This document shows positions 37,501-51,030 of a DNA stretch of 64,000 bases, piece by piece. The notes beneath the pieces were generated by a model. That model saw nothing but the letters and a program-made list of their open reading frames with translations. It had not been told where the DNA came from and ran no database searches. The position numbers were made by a program, and so were the translations under genes. Location: the NCBI GenBank assembly GCA_964035545.1, contig OZ037768.1:8092741-8156740 (forward strand), given 5' to 3'. The DNA comes from Bugula neritina. Lineage: Eukaryota > Animalia > Bryozoa. Numbering within the stretch: the stretch's first letter is position 1; each line of letters starts with the position of its first letter.

Positions 37501-37974
37501 GAATGCACACTGCTATGTAGACAAGAATTTAGCCTTAGAACTCATTACCCTATGCTGTAGAGGTCGGGTCACACCAATATAGCGATCAATGCTGATGGCG
37601 CAGAGACTCAATATGGACGCCGTGCAACACAAGACGTCAGTTGATGCCCAGAGATCACACAAGAATGACCCGAGTATCCATTGTTTTTCTAGCTGCAGTA
37701 TTGTTGAGAAAGGGAGAACGAGTACTCCTAGGAGCAGATCAGCTGTAGCTAAACTGATCACAAAATAGTTGGTGGCAGTTCGCAATTTTCTGTTTAAAAT
37801 GACGGCAAGGAGGACGAGAATGTTCCCAAAAATGGTCATCACCACAATGACAGAGAGTGTAACTCCTAAAGGTATTTTCGTTGTCAAGGTTACATTATGT
37901 ATAGTTCTACAGTCTTGAGTGTTGAAGTCACAGCTATAGTTTTCAGGAGATGGACTGTTGACCATTGTCACCAT
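34555..37974 (-). CDS. Aminergic class A GPCR, alpha-1-adrenergic-receptor-like, ~450 aa
   Basis: Exons 37974-37549, 35767-35095, 34808-34555 (1353 nt, in frame). GN (TM1), LATAD (TM2), DVLCCTAS (D3.32), [13 protein letters not shown] (TM5), [26 protein letters not shown]. Confidence 0.93.
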
Positions 37975-39733
37975 GAAACTTTAGTACAACATGTCATAGG
38001 CTGTGTGACTTGGACAGAATTTTCTGTTAAAAATAACAATCTGCATTACCTCCAGTATAAAACAAAATTTAGTTTTGAATTTCCATTTTAGAAAAGCTTG
38101 ACCATTTTTGGCATAATCTAAGATCTATGCAACTAATATTATATTTTTAATCAACAATTAATTTATGGATTTTTTTTCATGTTTCTATGTACAAGAAAAA
38201 TCTGTTTATTGAGCATACATAACGTCTATGCATCACAACGAAACAACTTTTTCTACCCACATTGGACAAGCCAATCAGATAGCTCGCATTATATTTAAAA
38301 GAAGATCTGGCTTGTAAATCAGTATAATGAACAACAAATGTATAGATTAGTTAAAGTAACTCAAGAGAAGACTTAATATTAAACTGACAAATAGAATAAA
38401 TACTTACCTTATAGAAGTAGTCTAGCTGTTTAGGTTAAGTGTCTATAATATTTCTGTAGTAAGAAACCTAACTAACACTATACAACTTTGCAGCTTACAA
38501 TTACTTTAATCTTATAATAAAAAGCACAATACACTTATTAACTTATAAGTATTCCAGATTTCTACGATCAACACATAGAGTAATATTAAATTGACCAATT
38601 GACTTTCACAATACAAGTTTCATATATATATACAGGTGCGTATCACTGTTCCATATAAATGTGCGTTTGTAAGTAATACTAGACTTTATAAAATATTGAT
38701 GAAAATGTTTGAACTAAATAGAATGTTTCACTTACCAAATGCTCTACATATCAAAATGAGCGCAGACCAGCATTACTGATTTATCCTACTACCATTGCAC
38801 AACACAAGCTGTACAATTTGACATGTGATTCAAGAGCTGTCTGACCAAAAACAGCAAGACTAATGAAGCATATTGGCATTATGACATAACAAGTTGAGAA
38901 TACAACTTTGCATAATTGGAGTTGTACTTGATGGTAATTACAAGGAATTGAAGGAGAGTCAAAATTCTGATAAAATCATAATTCAAACTGAGTGAACAGT
39001 TTACAATAATTAGATGGTTGTTAGGTTACACGATCAGTATTAGTACAGGGTAATATAGTTGTATGCATTACATTGAAATACATGTAGTGCAAAGTGTAAT
39101 TTGTTTCTTAGAAACTGTTACTAATCACATTTTGAAAAGCATCTTTTATAATCATGCAAGCTAATATAGTCTTTTATATTGCGATAATTACACCAACAAA
39201 CCATATTATACAGTATATTTAATATATGATATGGTTTAATAGCAATAACAGATTGCCTAGTGAAGCTACTTCACCAGATGGTGAAACTTTCAGCAAGAAT
39301 TTTCATTGCAGCTACCAAACCAAATATCTGGTAGTATATGCTATCTCATAAACACAGCAGTGAGCAATGGTTGACATAATAATGTTTGAAGATGGAATTC
39401 ATAACAACTTTATGCATAACCTTTACTAATAACATGAGTGGTGTTCCTTAGGCATTATAGTGAAGAAATTATTATTATGAAGTTGCGGTTTTATAAAATA
39501 TTGCTGCTTACTCAACTTACAAATTACCAGATTATACTCAGTTTTAAAATGCTTATTGCTATCATGATCAAACAAACAGTATTATATTATAATATTTCAA
39601 TTTATTTAAAAATATGATAAAAGTATATCTAGTAGATTAAAAGTTCTAGTATGTATACGTATACTGTTAATCCAATAAGAAATTCTGTACAACTAAAGCA
39701 AATGTTGAAATGCAATAAAATTGCACCAAACAT

Positions 39734-42234
39734 TCAAGTGCCTTTGTCAGATAACTTCATCTTCTTGACAGAAGCAAATCTGCCAATCTTACTACGCCAG
39801 TTATCTCGGTATTTTAACTTATGCTTCTTTGTCATAAATTTTTCAGCTATGTTAGTGACGGAGGCATATCTGTAAAAAATAAAAGAAAACAAACTAAAAT
39901 AATTGATAAATATACTGGTGCTTAAAAATTCAGAAACTATTAAAATGTTAAATGCAAGTAACAAAAACTGGCAAACTGAGCACTTAACCTAGCTATCTTG
40001 CAAGTCTTTTTTTGAATATACAAATTGATGTATGTGATAATTGATCGTAATATTATATTAAATTATCAGATATGTAGTTCGATTATCTCTTTTAATATAC
40101 TAAACCTTATAGACTTACAGAACCAGAATAACTTAATTAGGACACTTTGAATATCACCCAATTCGAATTAGTAGGACTAGCACTAAGATTTTTGATACAT
40201 TTAAAAAATTGGGTTCAATTTAAATTTAAGAATCTTCCAAGCTTTGATTTTCAATATTTCAAATGAAAACTTGGCAATAATTAAAAAAGATGTAAAGTAA
40301 AAAATATTTCAAAAGACATCGACCAGTTATTAGAATCTGATTAACATCCAATAAGCAATGTGAACTGTTTGATAAATGAGTCTGACCATAGTGCCCGAGA
40401 GTATATTATAAGAATACTATATTTGCAAATGGATACACAGTGACTTAGAATATATTATAAGGATAGTATATATGCTATTTGCAGACAGATACACAGTGAC
40501 TTACTGTTCGGCAAACTGTTGGTCTTCTGCAGACACCATTTCCTCGTCAGATTCTTCTGCACCTTTCATCGACTTCATTATTTTCTAATAAATATCATAG
40601 AATAAGAACTGACACTACTTTACAATGCAAATAAACCAATTGTAGTGACAAAGACAGCCCATGAATGTCTAATTCTGATGATCAGATGCATACTTTAATG
40701 TGCTGAAACACAATTTTGACATCATGCTTCCAAAACTTGTATATTTTGAAACTTTAATGGCAATAAAGTTAAAATTAATTAGCCATTATCACTAAAAGTA
40801 AAATTAGGTTGAATGTTCATGAAGAATGCCTAATTAATCAAACTATAGAACAGTGAACATGCCAGTATATAAATTCTTATGCATATAATTGTAAAATAAC
40901 AATATATAAACTAGAACTAGCTATTCCAACCATTCAAAACTTTTATGAATGCTTCATTAAAGTGTACAGCAGCTATTCAGAACATCAAGTGCTTATTTGA
41001 AACACGTAATTTATAAATTTTGAAATTTAAATTGGCTAATTGAAAATATTATTCCACAGACAGTTACATGAATGCAAACCAGGCATCACAAGAAGAGAAT
41101 TTGGTCAGTTGTTGATGAAAATAGAACTAATAGTTGAGAGTAGTGCATACAAACATACACACAATTAAACTCACTTCAATAGCTGGGTTGAAGCCTTTGA
41201 ATGACATTCTCCCATATGTCAGATCCTCACACATTGCATGACTCGGCTGTATACTCAGTTCATTTCTAAAACAAAGTAATTTGCTACAAGGCAAGACAAT
41301 TCCAGGGTTCACAGTATTATCAAACACTGAGATATTAGAAGTAAGGTTGAAATATTATAAGACAGGATATAACTAATAATGTGATTGAAAATGTGAATAT
41401 GAGTAACTAAATAAAAAAAATGTCTTGAAAACAATCATAACAACATTTCCAATTTTATAATAGTGTACAAAAGATTGGGCTAACTAATAACTGCTGAATA
41501 GTATAAATACAATGCTGAGTGTTACCATTAAAATACATACTTGCTATTTCGTTTAGACAACTCTGAATCTATCACCCAATGCTCTGCATCATTTTTAGAC
41601 GCATCTTCGTCTTCACAAGCTTGACTGCTAGCTAAAGCTGTCTTTTTCATAAACTACAGTGCAAAATATTATGTAGGTGTAAGTATTTGATAAGATATCA
41701 GGATAAACTGAAATACAGCATTACCACATCAGTGAGTCTATAAGGACAATATCAACATGAAAAGTAACGATAAACACCCACAAACTAAGCAAGGCAGTAC
41801 TGCTAAAATTTTATTTCAACAAGTTAGTTATATGGTACAGTAAATAAAAATAAATGTAAGAATCTAAATTTCATATATTAGCATATATATTATATTTTAA
41901 AACTTTCATAAAAAATAGCTTTCAGATTTGAGCGACTGATAAAGCCTAAGTAAACTGCATCTAATGATTTAACCAAATTCCACCAAAAATAAGTTTCTTT
42001 CAAGTAAGGCAGGTAAGAAAACTCCAATGTCTCAAAGTACAGAAGTAACGATTGTGACAAGCTGACAATGCAGGAACTACAATAGAATTAGAGCTGACTA
42101 TATAAAGGTATAGGCATAAAGTAACTTCAAAGCACACAACACAATGCAGTGTAATTATTGCAGCACACAATTACCTTCATTTGTAGTAAATTCCCAGAGA
42201 GAGATTTAACTGTAATACTTCGTTTAGACGTCAT
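39734..42234 (-). CDS. MPHOSPH6: M-phase phosphoprotein 6 (MPP6, nuclear exosome cofactor), ~159 aa
   Basis: Exons 42234-42175, 41653-41541, 41265-41175, 40584-40505, 39869-39734 (480 nt, in frame). LSGNLLQMKFM, EHW, CEDLTYGRMSFKGFNPAIE and SDEEM match recalled MPP6 motifs (LSKNLLRMKFM, CEDLLYGRMSFRGFNPEVE, SDEEM). The ATG directly follows an acceptor, implying a 5'-UTR intron. Confidence 0.93.
40399..40504. repeat. Imperfect ~50-56-bp tandem duplication abutting the MPHOSPH6 exon-4 donor
   Basis: tatattataag...tatttgca...gatacacagtgactta occurs twice; only the copy next to the exon completes the GT donor. Confidence 0.7.
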
Positions 42235-44218
42235 CTGGAAAAGACATTATAAAAACCATTATAAATTAAAGTCACCGGAAAAGAAAAATATGTTTAACTT
42301 CTCATCCGCCTTTCATGAGTTTAATCATAGTTTAAACTTCAGTAAAACAGTTCAACCATTAAGTTGTTTGCTGTATGACTATAAAGGTCTACAAAATCAG
42401 CATATATTAAAACACTCTGTATTTTGGAAAAATAATTGGGAAGTTAAAAATATTCATTAAGCTCAGCCGCATAATACTGACAATATTACTCTAGACGATA
42501 ATTAAACTTGAAAGCATTACTTAAATTATAAACAGTAAAGTAATATACTACTACTAGTATTCAATCTGACCTTCCATAAATTATAATTAATATTATACCA
42601 ATAATTAGGGACCATGGGGCAATAGCAATACTTGTAGTTGTACACATCATCATATCTCATTAATGATTGATAAATTATACTCAGTCTAAGTCTAAAATTA
42701 AAAGTAATACTCGTACTGATAAGCATTGCCATTAGCTTAGACATAATCATAGTGATACTGATAGTTTTTGCTTTTTTAAAGACTAAGAGTAAGTCAAAGT
42801 GTATACTGTATAGTGTATAGCCTTTTGCCTTTAACTTTTAAGTTTAAAATTAAAGTTTAAATCAAACTTAGGCTTTTGGCTTTGCTACTAAAAAATTAGT
42901 TCCAAGTTTAACCAATAAGTTGTAATTATGGTACTTAGCTAGACTTCCACTTGAAGTTAAAGTTTAAGTTGAATTAAAATTATACTTAAAATTAATTTTA
43001 GTTTATCTTGAATTTGATTAAATTTAATATGATAGTTCACATTGATTTTGAATTACAATCAATTTGATATTATAATTATTATTATATTTATTTTGTTGAG
43101 TTTGATCATCATCCTCATCCTAATAGTGATAATCATGATCAATCATTAATGAATAATGATGATCAATCATCATGATATATTTATTAAGTTAAAGTATAAT
43201 ATTAATTATCATCAATAAGATATCAATATAGCCATATTCAATATTTTTAACTTCTCATTTAGTCAATTTTGTTAAATATTCTAAGGCCACACTTAGTGTA
43301 AATCCCTAGGGAATATGAAAAGAACTATTGTAATAATCTCAATTTGACAAATTTTGTGCTCGTAGTTATTAAAACTTATATCAAGTGTGGAACGGAAACA
43401 AGAAATTACGAAATGTTAATTGACTCGCTGTCGACATACACTATTCACTTTGGAGTTGCTTTTACCATACAGCATAATCATTGTAGTAGAATAACTCTTT
43501 AGTAGCCACCAACGTTGAAACTAATTATTTGTTCGAATGTTGGCCATTGGTTTCTCCTGTCTTCTTAAAATATTTGTTTCATGGAAGCTGTATTTTTAAT
43601 AAATAATGGCATGCACGCATCCAAGCATAACTATGTTTTATGCTTAGTAGAGTTCATACATGCATAATCTTGATAATATTAGATACAAAAACCTAAGAAA
43701 TATAATTTTAGGTATACCTACTCCTATACTGGTTGATAATTTCAAATGCTAAGCTTACACATGAACAAGCACTAAAAACTAGACTAGCAGGCATTGTAAA
43801 GTGTATACTGAAAAATTGACATTTGTCCTAACAAATGAAAGAGTAATAAGACACAATTTACACCAACTAGATAGACTGTATAATTTATAATACTTTTATT
43901 TAATATATTATTATAACTTTAAAAACACTTAACAGCTGTCATTCCTATTAAGTTGATGCCAGACAGGAAGCAAGATACTTAATAGCAAAAAGAAAGTATG
44001 AAATTCTTAATAACATTATAATGTATTATAACATTAGACAAGTTACTTGACAAAAAATATACACTCCTTCATGAAAATGAATGTATTTATAGTTTAAATC
44101 ATCATAAACAGAATAAATAAAGCAGGATTATAGAGAATGTGTTAAATAAACAATCAAATAGAGAACTGCCATAGAATATCCATGTATGACAGCACAGCAG
44201 CAACAGAAAACAGAAAAA

Positions 44219-47200
44219 TTAGTGAAGTTTGAGAAAAAGTGTTTTGAGGTGTCTGGCTTCATAGGTGACAGTGTTTCGTCCGGCATGCAAAGGTTCATCT
44301 AGAGGCTGATCTGTCACTGTCTTCACGTCTTTTCCGTACACTAGAAATATCATAATATGTCAGAGTTTAAAGTGAATATTTAACTTCAAGTCAACTGTTA
44401 GAAAATACAAACATTTAGCCCGTTTGGAGCAGAAAGCTTTTGATATCATGTTCTTAGTCATCCACTTCATTAGAAAGTGTCTTTCAAAAATAATGTATAT
44501 CTTTATTTCTGCACACATTATCTTACCAGCGTTTGATAATTATACACCGCTTAGCAAAAGATTATGTGACTAGCTTTTATAATAGTAAATATTGGAGGAC
44601 AAAGTGCCAAGAGGACGCAGATGTTAAACCATGTCTAGGAGCAAACAGGGTTGTTGAGAGCATGTGAATCTAATTCATAATAATTTACTATTTTAGAAGC
44701 TGTATCACTACTTTTATTACACACCATACCTACGAATTACATTCACAAACATATTGATTTACCATATCTGCTTATGAAGCTCAAATATCCTAATGTTTAA
44801 TTTCAAACAATATTCTATTGTGTGGAAATTCCTGAAGAATCTTTGAAAAATTAAAACTATAACAAAAATTGGGACAATTGTGAAATTGCTATCATAATTT
44901 AGCTAATCTTATACTATAAAATTATAATCATCACACACTTTTTCACATCATTTTATCACCAATTCAGGGCTAAAAGGAAAAACCGTAGAAATATTCTGCA
45001 GATTTAAAAACAAGCAAATATTAGGGGACAACATGTTTACAAAAATAAAGAACTTTTAATTAACAAAAAAGAATAAAACCCACATTACTATAACTTACTT
45101 TCACAACAGTCGAGAAATGAGATACACTCCAGTAGAACCTGGTCTCTAATCATAATCATATGCTTAGCCATGTTCTCTATGAGGGAAAGGAAGCATCTCT
45201 TGGCATAGTACCACGTATCTGGACCCAACTTCCTTTGGTAAGGCTCCAGGCTCTTGATGACCCGCGATATGCCAAATTCATAATTGCCTTTGGCACAATA
45301 CAGAGTTCTACAAATTGAAAACATGATCATACAAAACTCAACACATAGAATACAACACTCAAATTGCAACTTTTTATGAACTTTTTGAGTGCAATAAAAT
45401 TACAGCTAGATCAATCATATAGGATATAAGTAAATATTCACATTAAAACTTTAGAAAGCATTAATGAAATTAATTTTTGTTGTAAAATATAAAACCTCAA
45501 CAGGTTTGTAGCTATATTATATTCTACAGGAACAACAGACTTTCTGATCAGAATGACAATGCAATTATAATTGGGCATCTTTTGGGCATTAGTATGACTG
45601 TAACAAAACAAGTAGAGGTTTGAGTCTAACTGCAAATGCATTTCTGAACTAGGAAACAAAACAATGTGTAAAATTGAACTACAAAACCCCAAAAGTACTG
45701 CTCCCATAGACAGTCATTTCACCATACAATGTTACATAACTCAAAACACAACACCATAACATAAGACATACTAGACGATGGCTTACCCAATCACAAGGTT
45801 GACAATGCAGAGATGATAGACTTTCTTATCCGGGTCTTCATACGCCAATTGTTCTTCTTCCTTCTCGATCTTCCTCATCAGCTCCTCAGCCTCCTCATTA
45901 GCACTAGTCATAATGTAGGAGACGCACAGGTTGGCCAGTACTATAGCACTAACACTCAATATCTGAAACACATGCAGGTTCTAAGGTAAAGACAAATTCA
46001 AATGATGCTACAAAGTTTTGCAATAGTGCTATATTAAGGTTTAAATGTTTCAATTTTGCGTTATTCTTTTGAAAATTTATATAAATGCAACAGTTAAAAA
46101 GAAGTTGCTCAAGATGTTGACGGAAGTGCTTTATTTTAGCCCGCTGTAGTGCTGCAAAGTATAAGGTTTTCTAAATGCAACTAGAATACAAATATTACAT
46201 GCACTGGAAGAGAATCAGAATGCCCAAGAAAGGCAATACACACAAGCATTTAAATAACAATAGCATTTAAATAATATTTTTGGAAACTTTTAGCTTTTAA
46301 ACTAAAGTGTAAAATCATAAATGTTTTTTTTTTTCAACATAAAAATTAAATCAGTTGAAAGTGCAGCAAATCAGATTGTTTGTAAAATTACTGGCTCCAG
46401 AAAAGTGAAATGATACCATGATATCATACACTAGCAAGTACTCAGGCAATGTTGATGGTCAAATCTAAAACCTTTCACAACTAGCTTCTAAGCAGGAATG
46501 AAACAATAAGCTTACAACAGCTGTCATGATTATAACATGCAATAGGAATACATGAAGTAAACTCACATTATCATAATGTTTTCGGACTATTGGCTCATAG
46601 AAACCTGTAGCCTCCTTCCATTTACCATCCTGCATGAAGAGGACATGCGCCACATTCAGCTTCCACGCGTCGTGCTCATTACAGAACTCTACAGACTTCC
46701 TGAATAGCTTCTCAACCTGCACATAGTTCTCCCTATCCCAATATATCTTGGCTTGCTGCATCAACACTGGGATATATCTGCAACAGCCGAAGGCAATTAG
46801 TGCAAAGGAAAATATATGAATAAACATATATAACTAAAAAAATATAAGAATAAAAATAGCATAAATAAAAGATATATAAAAAACATAAATAAAAGAAATA
46901 TATATAAATAAAAAATATAAATAAAATATACGCTAGTAAAAACATAGTATATTGAAATATTGAAATTTGAAGCAAAAACACAACTATGCAATTCTGAACA
47001 GAATTTATGAGATCACAACATTCTGAGAAACAGTAAAAGCTGTAATGCCTAACAAACGCTTACTTTTCAAGGGCATCATCATATTCATTGACTGATTTCT
47101 TTACAGCCTCATCGTCACGGTTTATCCTACATTCCTGTACATGTTTGGTGAGTTTACGGAGGGCTTCTGTCTGCTTAGACGCCATTTCATCCAGCTTACG

Positions 47201-50200
47201 ATATGCTTCTTCAGGAGAGGTTTGCCTTGTTATTACAGCCTCAATGAAGTCGTACAAGTACTGCAATAAAACAGCAATGATACGCAAAAAAAATTATTTA
47301 TTGAACAGCGATAACAAACAAACTAAAGGTATAAAAGCTTGCTAATAAATTTGAAAAAAAATTGGAAATAATTTAGTTTGAGTGAGGAGACAGACTTACT
47401 GGTGTGAGAAATTGATAGGTGAGATGGGCATTCTCTGCTAGCACATCTGCTGCCACATCAAAATACTACAACATATATTTATAGTCTATAAATCAGACAG
47501 TAACATTATTAATTGCATTGGAAAAGTTGATAAAAACTATCAATTAGCATAAGCATTTAGAAAACAATGTATTAAGAATTGTAATACATAATTACAACAG
47601 AAATTCAGTCAAATGAGTTATATCAATGTTTTTCTATGAACCACAAGTTAATACATCAAGTATGCATCAGACAAACAAGTAGGCCTAATGCTATGATAAG
47701 TGATGGAATGCACATACCTCATACTTCAAGTATAACAGAAGTAAGTTTCCAAAAGTCTCTGGTGGAAAAGGATTTTGCTGAAGTAGGAATTGAAGCTTCT
47801 CAAAGCCGGCTGTAGGACTGTTGTCCATATTCATTAGAGCTACATTGTGTAGAGTCACAACGTCAAGTTCTTCTTCTGATCTCGGAGGCATGTCTGTTAA
47901 GGCTTCTTTTGCTGAGTCAACTTGATAATATATTATAGTACAATATAATATAACATAATATAATATATAGTACAACATAATATAACAAATTATAATATGA
48001 TTTAATATAATATAAATTAATACAACATATTATAACATAACATACTATAATATAATATACAGTAATATAATATAAATAATACAATATATTACTTTATAAA
48101 ACACATACAAAATACAGGCCACAAAAGACTTGGTACATAATACATACACTACTTTTCCCAGCCAAACTCAACCCCAGCAGAATAATTGCCACCTATTGTT
48201 TTTCCATGACAACTAAAGCCAAACTAAGCAGATGCAAACTTGACAATATTTACTTACAATAGAAAACGATTGAATTATAACCGATTCAAGATATGATAAA
48301 TCATTACTTACTGTTTTTCAACTGGTATTCAATTGCAGCCTTCAAGTTGAATGCCTCAATAAGAGCTGTCTCGTGCAAAGTAAGGGTATTTCCAACACTA
48401 CGGACATCAAGACCTTCGGTCGTCATTCCAACACTCAACTCAGGGTGTTCCTTGATGCCCCCCTCAATCACATTAGCTATATGACGTAGAGCTGGCGAAT
48501 ACTGCTTCATCATATAGTGACACAAAGCGATATTGTACGCAAGGTCAGGTTTATAGCCAGTGACTTGCATAGCAGCAGTAAACTTAGAGCAGGCTTCCAC
48601 GTACCTCCCTTCCTGTAACAGTACCACTACTTAATACCTTAGGCTACAGTATGCACTCATAGAGAGTCAATAAGCAATTATTTATCCCATTGACTATCCA
48701 CTGCTTATTTGTGCATTGATAAATATTTTTCTACTTTTCATTAAAGTTAAAATGTTTAGGCTCTGATTATTTTTTGAAACTCAATCTTATCGCTAATTTG
48801 ATTTTAGCAGCACATGTTTCAATTCTACAACAGGTACAAATTTATATAAAACTATTGAAGGTGCACATAGCATTGTAAAACATAAACAACACACATACTG
48901 GAAACCTTGTGTACATTTAACTTTATTAGCAAAAAAACCAACTTTAAAAAGCAAACAGCCGAGGTTAACTTCAGTGTCAGGGTCATCTGAAGGGCAGTTC
49001 TCAACAAGACTCTTGGCTCCCGGAAGATCATCTGACCCGTATTTGATGGCAGCTTGTAGTTTGTTGATCTAATGTATAGAGAGTATTATATACTAGGTTT
49101 TTATTATGTCTACATTAAACTGATTTACATGCACCTGCTCAGCAGTTGATCCATAGATTATTAATTGCTGTAAGAATATTGTTCAACAGACTCGTCTGTT
49201 TCACAGCAGCAACGTTGTGTTGAGTACCGGTATTAACTCTATAAATTGCTTTAGATTTTTGACAGTTTCTATTAGCTATCAACACATTAGACAATGAATT
49301 TCTACTAAACAACTAAAATTTAATGTTTTAATATTTCTCTTAGTTATATAAATTAATAATAAAAAAACTAGCTTACTTTAACTGAATACTGCTGGGCATC
49401 AATTTGGCAGGAAACTTTCATTGCTTCTTCATACAGACATGCCTTGTTAAGAGACTGGGCATAATACAACCTAACAAATAATTCATATATACATTACGTG
49501 TCTATAGATTGCCTTATAAACACCAATGCACCAAATAGGCAAATGTGGATACAATTCAACACCTTTTACATCTGTGTAATTCAGCAGAAAAACCAACAAA
49601 CCTATATTCCTCGACTTCTGGATGCAATACAGTCAATTGTTCATAACAGTCCGCAGCATTGATAAAATCTTGCATTTGGTACAAGCAATAGCCAAGTAGA
49701 GACAGGGCAGCCCTGGACTAAAAAATATCCAATAATCTCAAAATACCCCAAGCAGTTTTAAGATGTAGAATAAACTAGTTGCTTATATAACCAAAACAGC
49801 AGAGCATTTTAACAACTGCCTATTAAACTAGAATAAAAATATTCTTGTTTTTCTTATAAAAAATCGTTAAAGCTTCATGCAAGTTTTATTCATTAAAAAC
49901 AATCCAGTAATTTACAATTAGGCCCTAGGATATAAAACAAGTGTATGCTACAACTCTTAGTGCTACAAAAACACTATTATCACATCTTTTAATTTCCCAC
50001 ACAACTAAATTTTCTTGTATTAGCTTACAGAAGGGTATGATTGTAGTTGCACATTCAGGATTTGAACTGCTTCTGAATACCGCTGGTCTTTAATCTAAAA
50101 CAATAATTAATTATAAAAACATGAAAAATTGATGAGTGATTTGAACTTACAGTGACTGTTGGTATCAAAAAGATGAAAAATATTCAACCAGCTTAGCTAT

Positions 50201-50610
50201 TGCCTGATTACTGTTTAATGCAGTAGAAAAACAATTGCATAACAATTCCATTATTATTCATATTATTACCATTGAAGCTCAACAAAACTAAAAGTAAAAG
50301 CTATGTTAACGTTGCTGTTGAAAACAATGCAGCTTGAACTTCCACATTACAATTACAATTTTTTTTCACCCTAAACTTTAAAGTAAAACAAAATCAAACG
50401 TGAAAATCAAACTCAAAGAAAAAGTAATTTCAAAGTAAAACTAAAAGTGAAATGAGTTTAGTCTTACTTTTAGTTTAGGTTAAAATTTAGTTATTTACTT
50501 TTAGTTTAACTTGATTTTAAATCAATTTTTAAATTCAAGAACAAAAAATACCGTACCATTCCATAAATAGTTGACGTTACTTCTCCTTCTTTCAGCTGAA
50601 TATTAGCCAT
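44219..50610 (-). CDS. IFT70: Intraflagellar transport protein 70 / tetratricopeptide repeat protein 30 (fleer/DYF-1), ~646 aa
   Basis: 13 GT-AG exons: 50610-50557, 50094-50029, 49717-49602, 49470-49377, 49068-48943, 48612-48312, 47920-47718, 47465-47400, 47260-47064, 46777-46567, 45962-45787, 45307-45099, 44340-44219 (1941 nt). Signature peptides SRAALSLLGYC, HPELSVGMTTEG, EALTDMPPRSEEELD, NPFPPETFGNLLLLY, WKLNVAHVLFMQ, YHLCIVNLVIGTLYCAKGNYEFGISR, NTVTYEAR. Confidence 0.97.
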
Positions 50611-51030
50611 TACTAGTTTTCAAAACGGTAAGGCACGGTTGAAAAAATCGAAGACTGGAGAGTAGAACTAAAAGGCAACGGTCACTATCGAGATGAAAAA
50701 GAAAGCTTGCTCGTTGCTACTCGACAGGAATGTTAGTAGTAAGCATGCGTGTTTATAGACGGTTGTTCCGGCCAAGCGGAGCAATATTTTTTATAGACAA
50801 TTCTACTCTACTGCAGCGCTTTTGTTTTTACAATTTTTAACTTTACTTGTAACAAAAACATTCAAGTGAATTTGTTTGCAAAATATGACTTTTCAAACTA
50901 ATCTATTCAACATTTGATCATTTTATTTCTACTTCTAATTTTGACTAGTGTTTGAAGAAGCGTTACATGTTCATGTTGCAGCGTACGAAAGAAAATTCAG
51001 GTCACAGGTGGAAAAACATCAAGGTCGTTT
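50611..51030. promoter_or_regulatory. Probable bidirectional promoter of IFT70 (-) and lgl (+)
   Basis: Locally CpG-richer patch between the divergent genes; RFX half-sites GGCAAC (50674) and GTTGCT (50713), GCATGCGT (~50743), and a donor-like AAG|GTCGTT (~51023) for a non-coding lgl exon. Confidence 0.45.
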
